A stretch of DNA of 64,000 nucleotides from Azolla caroliniana (GCA_043228905.1 JBHGNT010000018.1:8804001-8868000), one strand, 5' to 3'; shown: positions 12,100 to 25,100, counted from the stretch's first letter. Notes: generated by a model from the sequence alone, not told the origin. Numbers and translations: made by a program.

Positions 12100-12870
12100 T
12101 GATATCTCTAGAATGGTCCTTTAGAGGAAACTATGAAGAACGGTAATTTCCTCCATAATTGCAATAATTTTTTCGTTCTTTTTAGTACAACCTCCGAAGA
12201 GCCTGGAATATTGTCATATTGCCCTACATAACTGCCAATAAGCTCCCCCATCATTCCAACAATATATCTAAGAGAAGAGGAATTATGGACCCTTATCGTC
12301 TTTTACAACGATACTTCCATAATATCCATAATATCCATAATGTAACCGTAGGTATTGTTTTCCATACATGAGTTGCACGCATTTGCTTACGAGGTTGTTG
12401 AAAATGGGAGACAGTAATGAAATGTATATTGATGACTGTCATAGGCTCCGGAACATCATCTGTTTCATACAACAAGAAACTAGAATGGAGAACCCCCCAT
12501 ACCATTGATCCCCAAGAGAAGAGGCAACCTACATTAATTGTGAGGAATAAAGAGATAACTTTATTCCATACCCGTTGGTCTATTGAGCATGACCAGAGAG
12601 CATGCTTGGTAGTTTCTTGCATGTCACCGCAATAACAACATTCTCTAAGACTTGTTGCCACACCTCCAATCAATGACTAACCTACTAGTAGTGCTACCTG
12701 TAGTAAAAGCCATCTATAGTGAATATATTTCGGTTGTCCCTTGAAAGACCAAATCCATGTCCAATATGCCTTCAACTCAGTGCTTCAAATACCCCACTTA
12801 TTCCAGTGCATTTGAGCTACATGAGTTAAAATATTCTTAGACATGAGTAAGGTTCTGACCAATTTCACGT
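12100..12870 (-). mobile_element. L1-like LINE 3' fragment (zf-RVT domain), boundaries approximate
   Basis: CCYCGDMQETTKHALWSC..W and W-x-x-W-K-Y-R pattern. Confidence 0.7.
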
Positions 12871-13125
12871 TGTACGCGAAGGAAGCTTTCTTGAAAATAT
12901 TTCATATGGCTATTTGATTTAATGAAAGGATTCTCAACAATTCTCACAAATATTTCCATCGTTGAGCATTAGACTATGAGCCTTCTTCTGGCTTGCTATG
13001 TGTGAGATCTACAATTTATGCTTTCTCTCTGCTCATTTGGAGAACAGGTCGATAGGATTTGGACTAAAGGAGTTCAGATAGATTGAGATAGGCTATCAAT
13101 GCTTAAATTTGTCATGAGAGGAAAA

Positions 13126-13198
13126 TGGAGACATGGAGTATCGATACCCATACCTCTCGCATGCTAAGCGAGCACTCTACCGTGTGAGTTACATGCCC
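13126..13198 (-). pseudogene. tRNA-Ala(AGC) pseudogene, chimeric flanks
   Basis: 73 nt, several stem mismatches. Confidence 0.8.
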
Positions 13199-13806
13199 AT
13201 CATGTTTATTCGAAATACGAGTAGAATTTAAGTATAATTAGCACGTTATAATATTTTTTTCCTTTTAAATTCTACTGTTAATTTCCTCAGCTCAAATTCT
13301 AACTAGTATATTTGTAGTGACAGAAAATTTAGATATTGGCTATCAACTTGTATTTCACGCACGCGATAAAAGCATTCTTGTATATATTTCAAAATGGTTT
13401 TTTGATTTAATTAAAGGATTTTCAAGATTTCTCACAAATATTTCCATCGTTGAGCATGAGACTATGAGCCTCCCTTTGGTTGAGCATTACACTATGAGCC
13501 TTCCTCTGGCTTCCTCAGTGTGACATCCACAACTTATACTTTCTCTTCACTCATTTGGAAAACAGGTCAATAGAACAATATTCTTTTTTGTGCAACATTG
13601 TTATTATATTTGTGAATCAAATTTTCGGTTGAAGTTTCGAAGTCAATAGCTTTATTTCTAGTTTTTCCTGATACTTTTGTACGAATATGAATGACAACAT
13701 GGGCATCGACCCTTCCGAGATCGTCCTCAAGCCAATCAGAATAACATTCTTGACATGAAGAGACTTAAAGATATCTTTCCATTTAGTAATTCAGAATGAT
13801 ACAAAA

Positions 13807-13879
13807 TGGAGAAGCGGGGTATCGATCCCCGTGACTCTCCCATGCAAAGCGAGCGCTCTACCATGAGAGCTAAATCCCC
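13807..13879 (-). pseudogene. tRNA-Ala(UGC), degenerate
   Basis: 73 nt; anticodon stem and acceptor changes. Confidence 0.8.
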
Positions 13880-14151
13880 ACCATATTTAGAATTTTTCGC
13901 ATTTAATCCAAGTACGAGTAGAATTTAAATGTAATTAGCACGTTACAATAGTTTGTCCTTTTAAATTTTATTGTTAATTTCCTCAACTCAAATTCTAACT
14001 AGTATCTTTGTAGTAACACAAAATTTATAAATTGGCTATCAACCTTGTATTTCACGCACGCGACGAAAGTATTCTTGTATATATTTCAAATGGCTATTCG
14101 ATTTAATGAAAGGATTTTCCACAATTCTCACTAATTTGTAATGATACAAAA

Positions 14152-14224
14152 TGGAGAAACTGGTTCTCGATCCCCGTGCCTCTCGCATGCAAAACGAGCG
14201 CTCTATTCTGTGAGCTACATCCCC
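14152..14224 (-). pseudogene. tRNA-Ala(UGC) pseudogene
   Basis: T-arm and D-loop damaged. Confidence 0.8.
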
Positions 14225-14655
14225 ATCATATTTACAATCATTCACATTTAATCCAAATACGAGTAGAATTTAAATATAATTAGAACATTAAATTGGTTTT
14301 CTGTTTTAAATTCTAGTGTTAATTTCCCGAGCTCAAATTCTAATTAGTATATTTGTAGTGACACAAAATTTAGAAATTGGCTATCAACCTTGTATTTCAC
14401 GCACACAACAAAACCATTCTTGCATATATTTCAAAATGGCTATTCAATTTAATTAAAGGATTTTCAAGAATTCTCACTAATATTTCCATCGTTGAGCATT
14501 ACTGTATGAGCCTCCCTCTGGCTTCCTAAGTGTGACATTCACAATTTATGCTTTCTCTCCACTCATTTAGAGAACGGGTTGATTGGATTTGGACTAATGG
14601 AGCTGAGATAGTTTGAGATAGGCTATTAATACTTACATTTGTCATCAGAGGAAAT

Positions 14656-14728
14656 TGGAGATGCGGGGTATCGATCCCCATACCTCTCGCATGCTAAGCG
14701 AGCACTCTACCATTTGAGCTACATCCCC
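14656..14728 (-). tRNA. tRNA-Ala(AGC), nearly intact
   Basis: One visible difference (C25>T, D-stem wobble) from the array copy. Confidence 0.75.
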
Positions 14729-15089
14729 AAAAAAAATTCCTTTAGGATTTACAAAGAGTAGAATGACATGTAACAGAGAATGCTTATTTATAAATCTAGG
14801 TAATAGACTGTACTAATAGTTATTTCCAAATCTTTAAAGTAATTCCGAGAGGTCACTTTTAAATTAATACGGTTGTGAATTGAATTTATATTTGTGAATC
14901 GAATTTATAGGTGAAGTTTCAAAATTAATAGCTTTATTTCTAGATTTTCCTAATACGTTTGTATCAACACGAATGACGACATGGGCATCGACCCTTCCAA
15001 GATCGTCCTCACTCAAATCAGAATGACATTCTTGATGTGAAAAGACTTAAAGATTATCTTTCAATTTGGTAATTCGTAATGATACACAA

Positions 15090-15162
15090 TAGAGAAGCGA
15101 GGTATCAGTCCCAATGTCTCTCGCATGCAAAGCGAGAGCTCTACCATGTGAGCTACATCCCC
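15090..15162 (-). pseudogene. tRNA-Ala(UGC) pseudogene
   Basis: B-box and acceptor mutated. Confidence 0.8.
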
Positions 15163-15591
15163 ATCATATTTAGAATTCTTCGCATTTAATACAAATACGA
15201 GTAGAATTTAAATATAATTAGCACGTTATAATAGTTTTTTCTTTGAATTCTACTGTTAATTTTCTCAGCTCAAATTCCAACTAGTATCTTTGTAGTGACA
15301 CAAAATTTAGAAATTGGCTATCAACCTTGTATTTCACGCACGCAACAAAACCATTCTTCTATATATTTCAAATGGCTATTCTATTTAATGGAAGGAATTT
15401 CCACAATTCTCAGAAATATTTCCATCGTTGAGCATTAGACTATGAGCCTTCTTCTGGCTTCCTAAGTGTGACATCCACAATTTATGCTTTCTCTCCGCTT
15501 ATTTGGAGAATAGGTCGATTGGATTTGGTCTAATGGAGTTGAGATTGTTTCAGATAGGATATTAATGCTTAAATTTGTCATGAGAGGAAAT

Positions 15592-15664
15592 TGGAGATGC
15601 GGTGTATCGATCCCCATACCTGTCACATGCTAAGCGAGCTCTTTACCATTTGAGCTTCATCCCC
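15592..15664 (-). pseudogene. tRNA-Ala(AGC) pseudogene
   Basis: Multiple stem mismatches. Confidence 0.8.
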
Positions 15665-16108
15665 AAATTAAATTCCTTTAGGATTTACAAAAGAGTAGAA
15701 TGACATGTAACAAAGAATACTTATTTATAAATCTAGGTAATAGCCTGTACTAATAGTTGTTTCCAAATCTTAAAAGTAATCCCGTGAAGTCACTTTTAAA
15801 TTAATACGGTTGTGATAATGCCATCAACTCCATACATCCGCTACGCCAAGCATGCAGTTTAGGTTTGAGAATCGACCAATATTCTTTTTTGTGCAACATT
15901 GTTATTATATTTGTGAATTGAATTTCCAGGTGAAGTTTCGAAGTTCATAGCTTTATTTCTAGTTCTTCCTAATACATTTGTACGAATATGAATGACGACA
16001 TGGGCATCGACCCTTCTGAGATCTTCACCAAGCAAATCAGAATGACATTCTTGACATGAATAGACTTAATGATTTCCTATCAATTTAGTAATTCGTAATG
16101 ATATACAA

Positions 16109-16181
16109 TGTAGAAGCGGTGTATCGATCCGTATGTCTCTCGCATTCAAAGTGAGCGCTCTACCATGTGAGCTACATCCCC
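16109..16181 (-). pseudogene. tRNA-Ala(UGC)-derived pseudogene, anticodon mutated to UGA
   Basis: Plus strand cgcattcaaag; acceptor and T-arm also damaged. Confidence 0.75.
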
Positions 16182-16610
16182 ATCATATTTAGAATTCTTC
16201 GCATTTAATACAAATACGAGTAGAATTTAAATATAATTAACACGTTATAATAGTTTTTCCTTTTAAATTCTACTGTTAATTTCCTCAACTAAAATTCTAA
16301 CTAGTATATTTGTAGTGACAAAAAATTTAGAAATTGGCTATCAATGTTGTATTTCATGGACACAACAAAATATTCTTGTATATATTTCAAATGGTTCTTG
16401 AATCTAATGAAAGGATTTTCAACAATTCTCACAAATATTTCCATTGTTGGCCATTAGACTATGAGCCTTCTTCTGGGTTCCTAAGGATGACATTCACAAT
16501 TCATGCTCTCTCTCCGCTCGGTCGGAGAACAGGTCGATTGGATTTGGACTAATGTAATTGAGATAGTTTGAGATAGGCTATTAATGCTTAAATTTTTCAT
16601 GAGAGGAAAT

Positions 16611-16683
16611 TGGAGATGCGGGGTATTGATCTCCATACCTCTCGCATGCTAATCTACTCCTCTACCATTTGAGCTACATCCCC
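16611..16683 (-). pseudogene. tRNA-Ala(AGC) pseudogene
   Basis: 5' strand of anticodon stem scrambled. Confidence 0.78.
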
Positions 16684-16768
16684 AAACTTTTGCCTTCAGA
16701 TTTTAAAAAGAGTAGAATGATATGTAACAGAGAATCCTTATAGATAAATCTTGGTTATAGACTGTAGC

Positions 16769-19645
16769 GAGCAAGAGAACGAAGAGATGTCTTCAATTCC
16801 TTACTCTTCAGCAATTCCTTATTATAGCAATCTGAGTTGCAAAAGTGTGTTGCTTTGTCTACAATAGAAGTAGGATATATTGCATCCACTGAAGCTGCTG
16901 AAGAGATTTTATGGTCAAAAAGGTTTGTTTCAGATTTGGGTTTATATCAACTAACTTATGTAATCTTCTGTGACAGCCAAAGTGCGATAGATTTGACGAA
17001 GAACTCGATGTACCATACTCGTATGAAACATTTTGATGTAAGGTATCATTGTTTGCGCTCTACAACTCAAGAAAATTCACACAGATGAAAATGTTGTTGA
17101 CATATTGACGAAGCTACTCTCAAAAGAAAAGCTTGAGCAATGTGTCAAGCTTGTTGGAATGAACACAAACTAAGTGCCTCAATGGAATCTTCTCCTATGT
17201 GGCCAGAGCAGAAGATTATTAGGTTTCTTGTCCACATTATTAGTATGTAAATGGGCCTTGGATGCCCAAAATTGTATATTTTAAATATAGTGTGAAAATA
17301 GGTCACACAAGATGGAGTTACACATCTATACTCACTTTTTGAGAGTGAGTTAAAAAGGAGAACACGAGCATTTTTTTGTAGCAAAGAAAATTTAACAAAT
17401 TTTTGAGACCTCATACTCTCGTCTTTGGCCCATTTCCTTCAGCGCTCTCAAGTACACCAGTACATACCAACATCTAGACATCACCGCCTCCGTTACTAGC
17501 CACATGTTGGGAGTTTTTGGGTGGTTGTTTTTGCGTCTTTTAGTTGGGTTTAATTGTGGAGGAAATCTCATATTCCTTTCCTTCTCATAGTACTCTAACT
17601 TGTTTAGAGTAGAACTTTGGTGTATAAGATTTGCATTGATAGTGGATTATTTCTGGACTAGGTCTTGTGGTTTTTACCTCTTTGAGGGTTTTCCATGTTA
17701 AAAATTTGTGGTGTATTGTGCATAGTGTTTGTTGTGTATCAAGTTCTTGTTTTCTTTTAATAATCTTGCACAACATCATTTCTGTCTACCATAAGTGATT
17801 AAGTGCTATTAAGTTTCCAATCATGTGCCCCATGATACTCCAGTTAGGGCATTGAACTACCAAACTATTTGTTTGGGAAATAAAAGCTACGAATTTAATA
17901 CTTCATATTGAACTTAATATTAAATATCTATCTACATATTTAGAGTTGTCTCTAACTATAAACAAATACTCATTGTTATGGATTTAGCATTAGAATTGTA
18001 ATTTATACCACTTTTACATCAAATTAGCGCTCTCAGGATTTGTCAAGATATGAATTGCTCATTTTGAGTATGGATTTATTGAAATTGAATGTGTTTTTAT
18101 TAGAAGACTTTCCCTCTTCAACATTTAGAGTTACGATTAGGGTTTATTATGATATATGAATATGGGCATATATGAGCTTTGTTAAGATTTTTATGAAAAA
18201 ATCTCATGATAGAAAAGTAGGATTCCATTCCCTTGAGTCAATTGCACCACTAACTTGCTAAACGCTCTACACTAGCTCTGTTAACACAATTTCTAATTCA
18301 TCTAGTTTGCCCCATACCAACACCTCTATTTCATGTTCTAACTCTCCTTGCATTTCCACGACCAACTCTTCTTCTTGTGCTCTTCTTACTTCACTTTCTA
18401 ATGTTTTGCTCACCAATAATGAAGATGTTTTCTTAATGCAATGCTAGGAAATGAGATTGTGAGTGACAAAAGAATGGGCAAAATTTTGATAAATTGTGAT
18501 CAATGTCATGGTATTCAGTTAGAGGGAGATATATTTAGCTTAGAGTTTAATGACATTGTCATTTTTTGATTCACCAGATCTCAAAATGAATATGGATGAC
18601 CTAGGTTTAAACCTTGATCATTATGACAAGTAGTTCTACCAAGTGACATTTTACTCTTATTACCCTTTTTTTTTCAAAAAGATTTCCTTCATTAGTATTA
18701 AGAAAAGTACTTGAGGGCTATGGGTAGATAACTTTTACTTGTACTTTCTTGATGTTTTAATACTATTGAAGAAATCTTTCAAGTAAAAATAAAAAATAAA
18801 AACTTCCTCGAGGGCTACAAAGATGTAAATCAGAGAGTATTATATACGAGAGAAATGCTCAGGGCAAGGACCAGGGGTATTTATATCTCCATAATGGTCC
18901 TTTAGAGGAGACTATGAACAAAGGCAATTTCCTCGATAATTGCAATAATTTTTTCGTTTTCTTAAGAACAACCTCCGAAAAGCCTGGCATATTGTCATAT
19001 TGCCCTGCACAACCGCCAATAAGCTCCCCCATCATTCCGGAAATATATCTAAGAGAAGAGGAATTATGGACCCATATCGTCTTTTACAACGATACTTCCA
19101 TAATATCTATGATGTAACCATAGGTATTGTTTTCCATACATGGGTTGCACACATTTGCTTACAAGGTTGTTGAAAATGGGAGACAGTAATGAAATGTATG
19201 TTGATGACTGGTATAGCCTCCGGAGCATCATCTGTTTCATCCAACAGGAGACATGAATGAAGAACCCCCCATACCGTTGATCCCCAAGAGAAGAGGCAAC
19301 CTACATTAATTGTCAGGAATAAAGAGATAACTTTATTCCATACCGGTTGGTCTATTGAGCATGACTAGAGAGCATGCTTATTAGTTTCCTGCATGTCACC
19401 GCAATAACAACATTGTCTAAGACTAGTTGCCACATCTCCTTTCAATGACCAACCTACTAGTATTGTTGCATATAGTAAAAGCCATCTGAAGTGAATATAT
19501 TTGGTTGGTCCCTTGAAAGACCAAATCCATGTCCAATATGCCTTCAACTCAGTGCTTCACACACCCCACTTATTCCAATGCATATGAGCTACATGAGTTG
19601 GAATATTCTTAGACATGAGTAAGGTTCTGACCAATTTCACATTGT
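16769..19645 (+). repeat. Diverged duplicate of about 5960-12875 without the 7558-11477 copia insertion
   Basis: Colinear copia RNase H, LTR (about 17217-17823), spacer and LINE fragment; single GAAGA at 18103-18107. Confidence 0.92.
18880..19640 (-). mobile_element. Second copy of the L1-like zf-RVT fragment
   Basis: CCYCGDMQETNKHAL. Confidence 0.7.
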
Positions 19646-19928
19646 ACACGACAAAACCATTCTTGTATATATTTCAAAATGGCTATTTGATTTAGTTAAA
19701 GGATATTCAACAATTCTCACAAATATTTCCATTGTCGAGCATTAGACTATGAGCCTCCCTCTAGTTGAGCATAGAACTATGAGCCTTGGTCTGGCTTCCT
19801 AAGTGTGACAACCACAATTTATGCTTTCTCTCCGCTCATTTGGAGAACAGGTCTATTGGATTTGGACTAATGGAGCTGAGATAGTTTGCGATAAGCTATT
19901 AATGCTTAAATTTCTCATGAGAGAAAAT

Positions 19929-20001
19929 TGGAGGTGTGGGGTATCAATCCGCATACCTCTTGCATGCTAAGCAAGCGCTCTACCGTATGAGCTACATCCC
20001 C
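19929..20001 (-). pseudogene. tRNA-Ala(AGC) pseudogene
   Basis: 73 nt, several transitions. Confidence 0.78.
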
Positions 20002-20840
20002 AATCTTTTGCCTTCATATTTTAAAAAGAGTAGAATAACATGTAACAAAGAATGCATATTTATAAATCTAGATAATAGACTATAGTAATAGTTGTTTCCA
20101 AATCTTAAAAGTAATCCCGAGAGGTCACGTTTAAATTAATACAGTTGTGATAATGCGATCAACTTCGTACATCCGGTACGCCAAGCATGCAGTTTAGGTT
20201 TGAGAATCAACCAATATTTTTTTTTGTACAACATTGTTATTATATTTGTGAATCGAATTGCCAGGTGAAGTTTCAAAGTTAATAGATTTATTTCTAGATT
20301 TTTCTTGATACGTTTGTACGAATATGAATGACGACATGGGCATCGATCCTTCCGAGATGGTCCTCAAGCAAATCAGAATAACATTCTTGACATGAAGAGA
20401 CTTAAAGATTATCCGCATCATATTTAGAATTATTCGCATTTAATTCAAGTAGGAGTAAAATTTAAATATAATTAGCACGTTATAATAGTTTTTCCTTTTA
20501 AATTCTACTGTTAATTTCCTCAACTCAAATTCTAACTAGTATATTTGTAGTAACACAAAATTTAGAAATTGGCTATCAAGCTTGTATTTCACGCACGCGA
20601 CGAAACAATTCTTTTATATATTTCAAATGGCTATTTGATTTAATGAAACGATTTTCAACAATTCTCACTAATATTTCCGTCGTTGAGCATTAGACTATGA
20701 GCCTTCTTCTGGCTTCCTAAGTGTGACATCCACAATATATGCTTTCTCTCTGCTTATTTGGAGAACAGGTCGGTTGGATTTGGACTAGTGGAGCTCAAAT
20801 AGTTTGAGTTAGGCTATTAATGCTTAAATTTGTCATGAGA

Positions 20841-20902
20841 GGTATCGATCCCCATACCTCTCGCATACTTAGCGAGTGTTGTACCATTTGACCTACATCC
20901 CC
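20841..20902 (-). pseudogene. tRNA-Ala(AGC) pseudogene lacking its 3' end
   Basis: Acceptor 3' strand deleted. Confidence 0.7.
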
Positions 20903-21346
20903 AAAACTTTTTCCTTCACATTTTAAAAAGAGTAGAATGACATGGAACAGAGAATGCTTATTTATAACTCTAGGTAATAGGTTGTACTAATAGTTCTTTT
21001 CAAAATCTTAAAAGTAATCGCACGAGGTGACTTTTAAATTTATATGGTTGTGATAATGCCATCAACTTCGTAGTTCCGGTACGCCAAGCATGCAGTTTAG
21101 GTTTGAGAATCGACCAATATTCTTTTTTGTGCAACATTGTTATTATATTTGTGAATCGAATTTCTAGGTGAAGTTTAGAAGTTAAGAGCTTTATTTCTAG
21201 TTTCTCCTGATACGTTTGTACGAATACGAATGACGACATGGGCATCGACCCTAACGAGATCGTCCTCAAGCAAATCAGAATAACATTCTTGACAGGAAGA
21301 GACTTAAAGCTTATCTTTCCATTTAGTAATTCGTAATGATACAAAA

Positions 21347-21419
21347 TGGAGAAGAGGGGTATCGATCCCCATGCCTCTCGCATGCAAAGCGAGCGCTCTA
21401 ACATGTGAGCTACATCCCC
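21347..21419 (-). pseudogene. tRNA-Ala(UGC), degenerate
   Basis: D-loop GG and T-stem changes. Confidence 0.78.
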
Positions 21420-21670
21420 AGTATATTTAGAATTCTTCGCATTTAATCCAAATACAAGTAGAATCTTCGCATTTAGAATTTACATATAATTAGCATGTTA
21501 TAATAGATTTTCGTTTTAAATTCTACTGTTAATTTTCTCAACTGAAATTCTAACTAGTATATTTGTAGTGACAGAAAATTTAGAAATTAGCTATCAAACT
21601 TGTATTTCACGCATGTGACTAATGGAGTTGAGATAGACTATTAATGCTTACATTTGTCATGAGAGGAAAT

Positions 21671-21717
21671 TGGAGATGCGGGGTATCGATCCTCGTACCT
21701 TTCGCATGCTAAGCGAG
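21671..21717 (-). pseudogene. 3' part of tRNA-Ala(AGC) interrupted by the gypsy LTR
   Basis: tRNA sequence stops at aagcgag and the LTR TG starts at 21718. Confidence 0.85.
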
Positions 21718-21813
21718 TGTCAAGATCAATACTAAGATAGAGAAGGAATTAGTACTAAAAGATGAGGATTAGTACTAAGAGAGGTATAGAACTCTCGAGA
21801 GAAGGAAAGAGTG

Positions 21814-21862
<49 letters not shown>

Positions 21863-22164
21863 GAGAGAATGATGATAAAAGATATATATTATGTGAAGAG
21901 AGTATATAATAGTAGCTAGGAGGCTTAAGACTGCGTTGAACCGATTTGGTTCAAAATAATGCCTTGTGCCTCCTTTTATAGTGTTCTCAGGAGTACTCCA
22001 GAAGTTTCTAGAATGTTCCACAAAAATCTGGAATATATATGGATTTTCTATAATAAAACATAAATGAAAATAATATTTTACGTATTATAATGTATGGTCT
22101 AATGGTCAAGAGCTCGACCCATGTAGCATAAGGTCATGGGTTCGAGTCTTGCCATATCATGACA
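21718..22164 (-). repeat. 3' LTR of chromovirus, with (GA)n tract
   Basis: TG..CA ends; first ~105 bp repeated at 26944; PPT adjacent. Confidence 0.9.
22088..22160 (+). other. tRNA-like segment (Pol III A and B boxes) inside the LTR
   Basis: TGGTCTAATGG at 22095-22105 and GGTTCGAGTC at 22139-22148 with tRNA spacing. Confidence 0.6.
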
Positions 22165-22189
22165 CTATCTCCCCTTTAAAACGACGAGT

Positions 22190-25100
22190 GTCACGAGTTG
22201 TTTTGGATTGAGGACCCGGTTTGTCTGGATATTGACGATGGAAGTCTTCAAGAAGAGCAGGAGCATTGGTCACATTCTCTATCAGTTCCCAAGTACGCTC
22301 ATTGGGACTATATCTTAGCCAATCGACTAGATTGTAGAGCTTGTTGCGAACAAACTTGGAATCAAGGATGACGCAACCTTGTACTCAGGTCGATCTTCAA
22401 GCTTGATGGGGGGTGGAGGGTATGTAATACGTCCTGGGATGGTGCTCTCTTGATAGGGTTCTAGGAGAGAACTATGAAACATAGGATGTATCCAAAGTTG
22501 CGGAGGTAGATCGAGACGAAAAGCGACATCATTAATCTTTCCTATAATACGAAAAGGACCTAATCGTCGATAATCCAACTTCTAACATGGGCGAGTAGTC
22601 TTGATGTGTCATCGTAGTAGCCATACTCGATCTCCAATGTTAAAATTAGATGGAAGTCAATGAAGATCCGCGTAAACCTTGTGTGTTTGTTGAGCTTGTT
22701 GGAGATGAGTAGATAAATCGGCTTGTATCTTGCGTAACCACTCTAAACGATCCTCTGCGCAAGGATTTGTGGACAACTCTGGGGTTTCAAATACACACCA
22801 CCGGGGGTGACAACCCATATAAGCATAAAATGGTGTAACTTTAGTCGATGCGTGGACAAAGTTATTATAGGCAAATTCGGCGAAGTGGAGAATATCTGCC
22901 TAGTCATCCTGATGATAGCTTAGAAAGCACCGAAGATACTGCTCCAGTGTTTGATTTGTTCGTTCTGCTTGGCCATCGGTTCGTGGGTGGTAGTCGGAGG
23001 AGAGGTTACAAGTGACCTTGAGCATTTTAAAAAGGTGCTTCCAAAATTTCGATACGAACTGGGGTCCACGATCGCTGATGATATTATCGGGAAGGCCATG
23101 ATGCCGACATACTTCACGCATGACAATTTCAGCGGTTTCTTCACTGGAGATTTCCTTAGTACATGGTAAGAAATGAGCCATCTTCGTATATCGATCTACA
23201 CCTATTAGAATCGCATTGACCCCCTTAGAGACTGGAAGATCTGTGATGAAGTCTAGAGCAATGGATTGCCACAGCTTGCTTGGAATTGGTAATGGTTCTA
23301 ATAAACCATATGGATGATGCCTTGGCATTTTCGCTCTACAGCATGTACCACAAGTCTGAACAAAATCTTTGACAAATTGTTGCATACGGGGTCACCAAAA
23401 TGATCATTGTACTAAATCTAATGTTTTAGTACTACCAAAATGCCCAGTTATATATGTGTCATGACAGTTTTGGACTACTCGAAAGCGGCAAGAACCATTA
23501 GGAACATACAAGAGTTCATTAAAGAATAGTAATCCATCATGGTATTTGAATTGCCTATAGTCCGTACCTAGTGGTTGCGACTATGAAAAAGATGCTCGAG
23601 AGGGATCAATTTGTGCTAGAATCGCTTGGGCGAAAGCATCGGTCTTCAAGTCCTCACGTGTAGTATTGATAACGTGGGAATCCATGGGCATGCCAAAGAC
23701 ATGTGTTGCTTGCAGTCGTGTCGGTCCCAAGATTACTTGCTTTTGGTTATCAAAAGCTAGCTCACCGGGACGCGGTGCTAGGTACGAATGTCGTGATAAT
23801 GCATCTGTCTTCCCTTGGTGCTTCCCCGGACGATATGTAATCTTGAAGTCGAAACGCGTGAGGAAGGGGGCCCACCGAGCTTGATGTTGATTTACCACAT
23901 GAGTGTCCTGAAAGTAGGCAAGGTTTTTGTGGTCACTGAATACGGTGACTTGATGAGAGGATCCCTCTAGAAAATGCCTCCATTGCGTAAAAGAGTCCAC
24001 TATTGCCAATAGTTCCTTATCATGAATTTCGTAATTGATTTCAGCGGCGTCAAACTTACGTGAGTGAAAAGCCACAGGATGTGGCTTCTCATCATTACCC
24101 TGTTGTGACAGAATGCTGCCCAATGCGAAATCTGATGCGTCTGCTTCGATAATGAATGGTTTTTCTGGATTGACATGAGCTAGAATTGGCGCCGATGTAA
24201 ATGCCTTTTTAAGACTCTCGAAAGCCATGTCCACTTCTTTAGACCAAACAAACGATTGTCCCTTCCTGGTAAGCTGTGTGAGAGACACAACAAGCTTTGA
24301 GTAATCCTGTATGAACTTCTGGTAAAAATTGGCAAAGCCTAAAAAACATTGCACATCTCGCACCGAACACGGAGTCTGCCACTCTACCACAGTTTTGACC
24401 TTAGCTAGGTCCATGGAGATGCCTTCCAAGGAAATGACATAGCCCAGAAATTCCACCTGGTTGCACCCAAAAGTACATTTTTCCAGCTTTGCATAAAGAC
24501 CATGTTCTCAAAGTCATTTTAGTACTAACAGTACATGAGAATCATGCTCTTCTTGGGTCTTCGAATAAACCAGTAGATAATCCAAATAGATGATCAAACA
24601 AACATCCAAGAGATCTCGGAATATATCATTTGCCATGTGCTGGAAGACTGTTGGCGCATTAGTGAGGCCGAACGGGATGACCGTATACTCGAAGTGCCCA
24701 TATCTGGTGCGAAACGCGGTCTTCCATTCATCTCCTGGTCGGATCCGTACAAGGTTATAGGCTCCCCGTAAGTCGATCTTCATGAAGAACCTGACACCAT
24801 TGATCCGTTCTAAAAGACTTGAGATAAAGGGGAGTGCATACCTTATTCAAGCCACCGTAATCTACAACGAGACGAAGTGATCCATCCTTTTTCTTGATGA
24901 AGAAAATGGGTGCACCGCGTGGAGATTTCGAATGCCGAATGAAACCATTTTCCAAATTCTCCTCTATATAGGCTCGCAAGACTTCTAGCTCGGTCGGTGA
25001 CAAATTGTAGATCGGTCCCCATGGTGGCTCTTTCCCCGGTTGTAAATCGATGGGGCAATCATACGGTCGATGGTGAGGAAGCGTATTAGCTTGTACCTTA

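Larger units (their letters stand above)
12875..16765 (-). repeat. Degenerate tandem copies of the tRNA-Ala unit, block 1
   Basis: Spacers and tRNA bodies homologous to the 1191-bp unit, with many substitutions and deletions. Confidence 0.9.
19646..21717 (-). repeat. Degenerate tandem copies of the tRNA-Ala unit, block 2
   Basis: Homologous spacers; UGC gene deleted near 20413; partial AGC at 20841-20902. Confidence 0.9.

Noticed and set aside
16109-16181. Anticodon switch Ala(UGC) to Ser(UGA) as a recoding tRNA
   Set aside because: The copy also has broken acceptor and T-arm; decay is the simpler explanation
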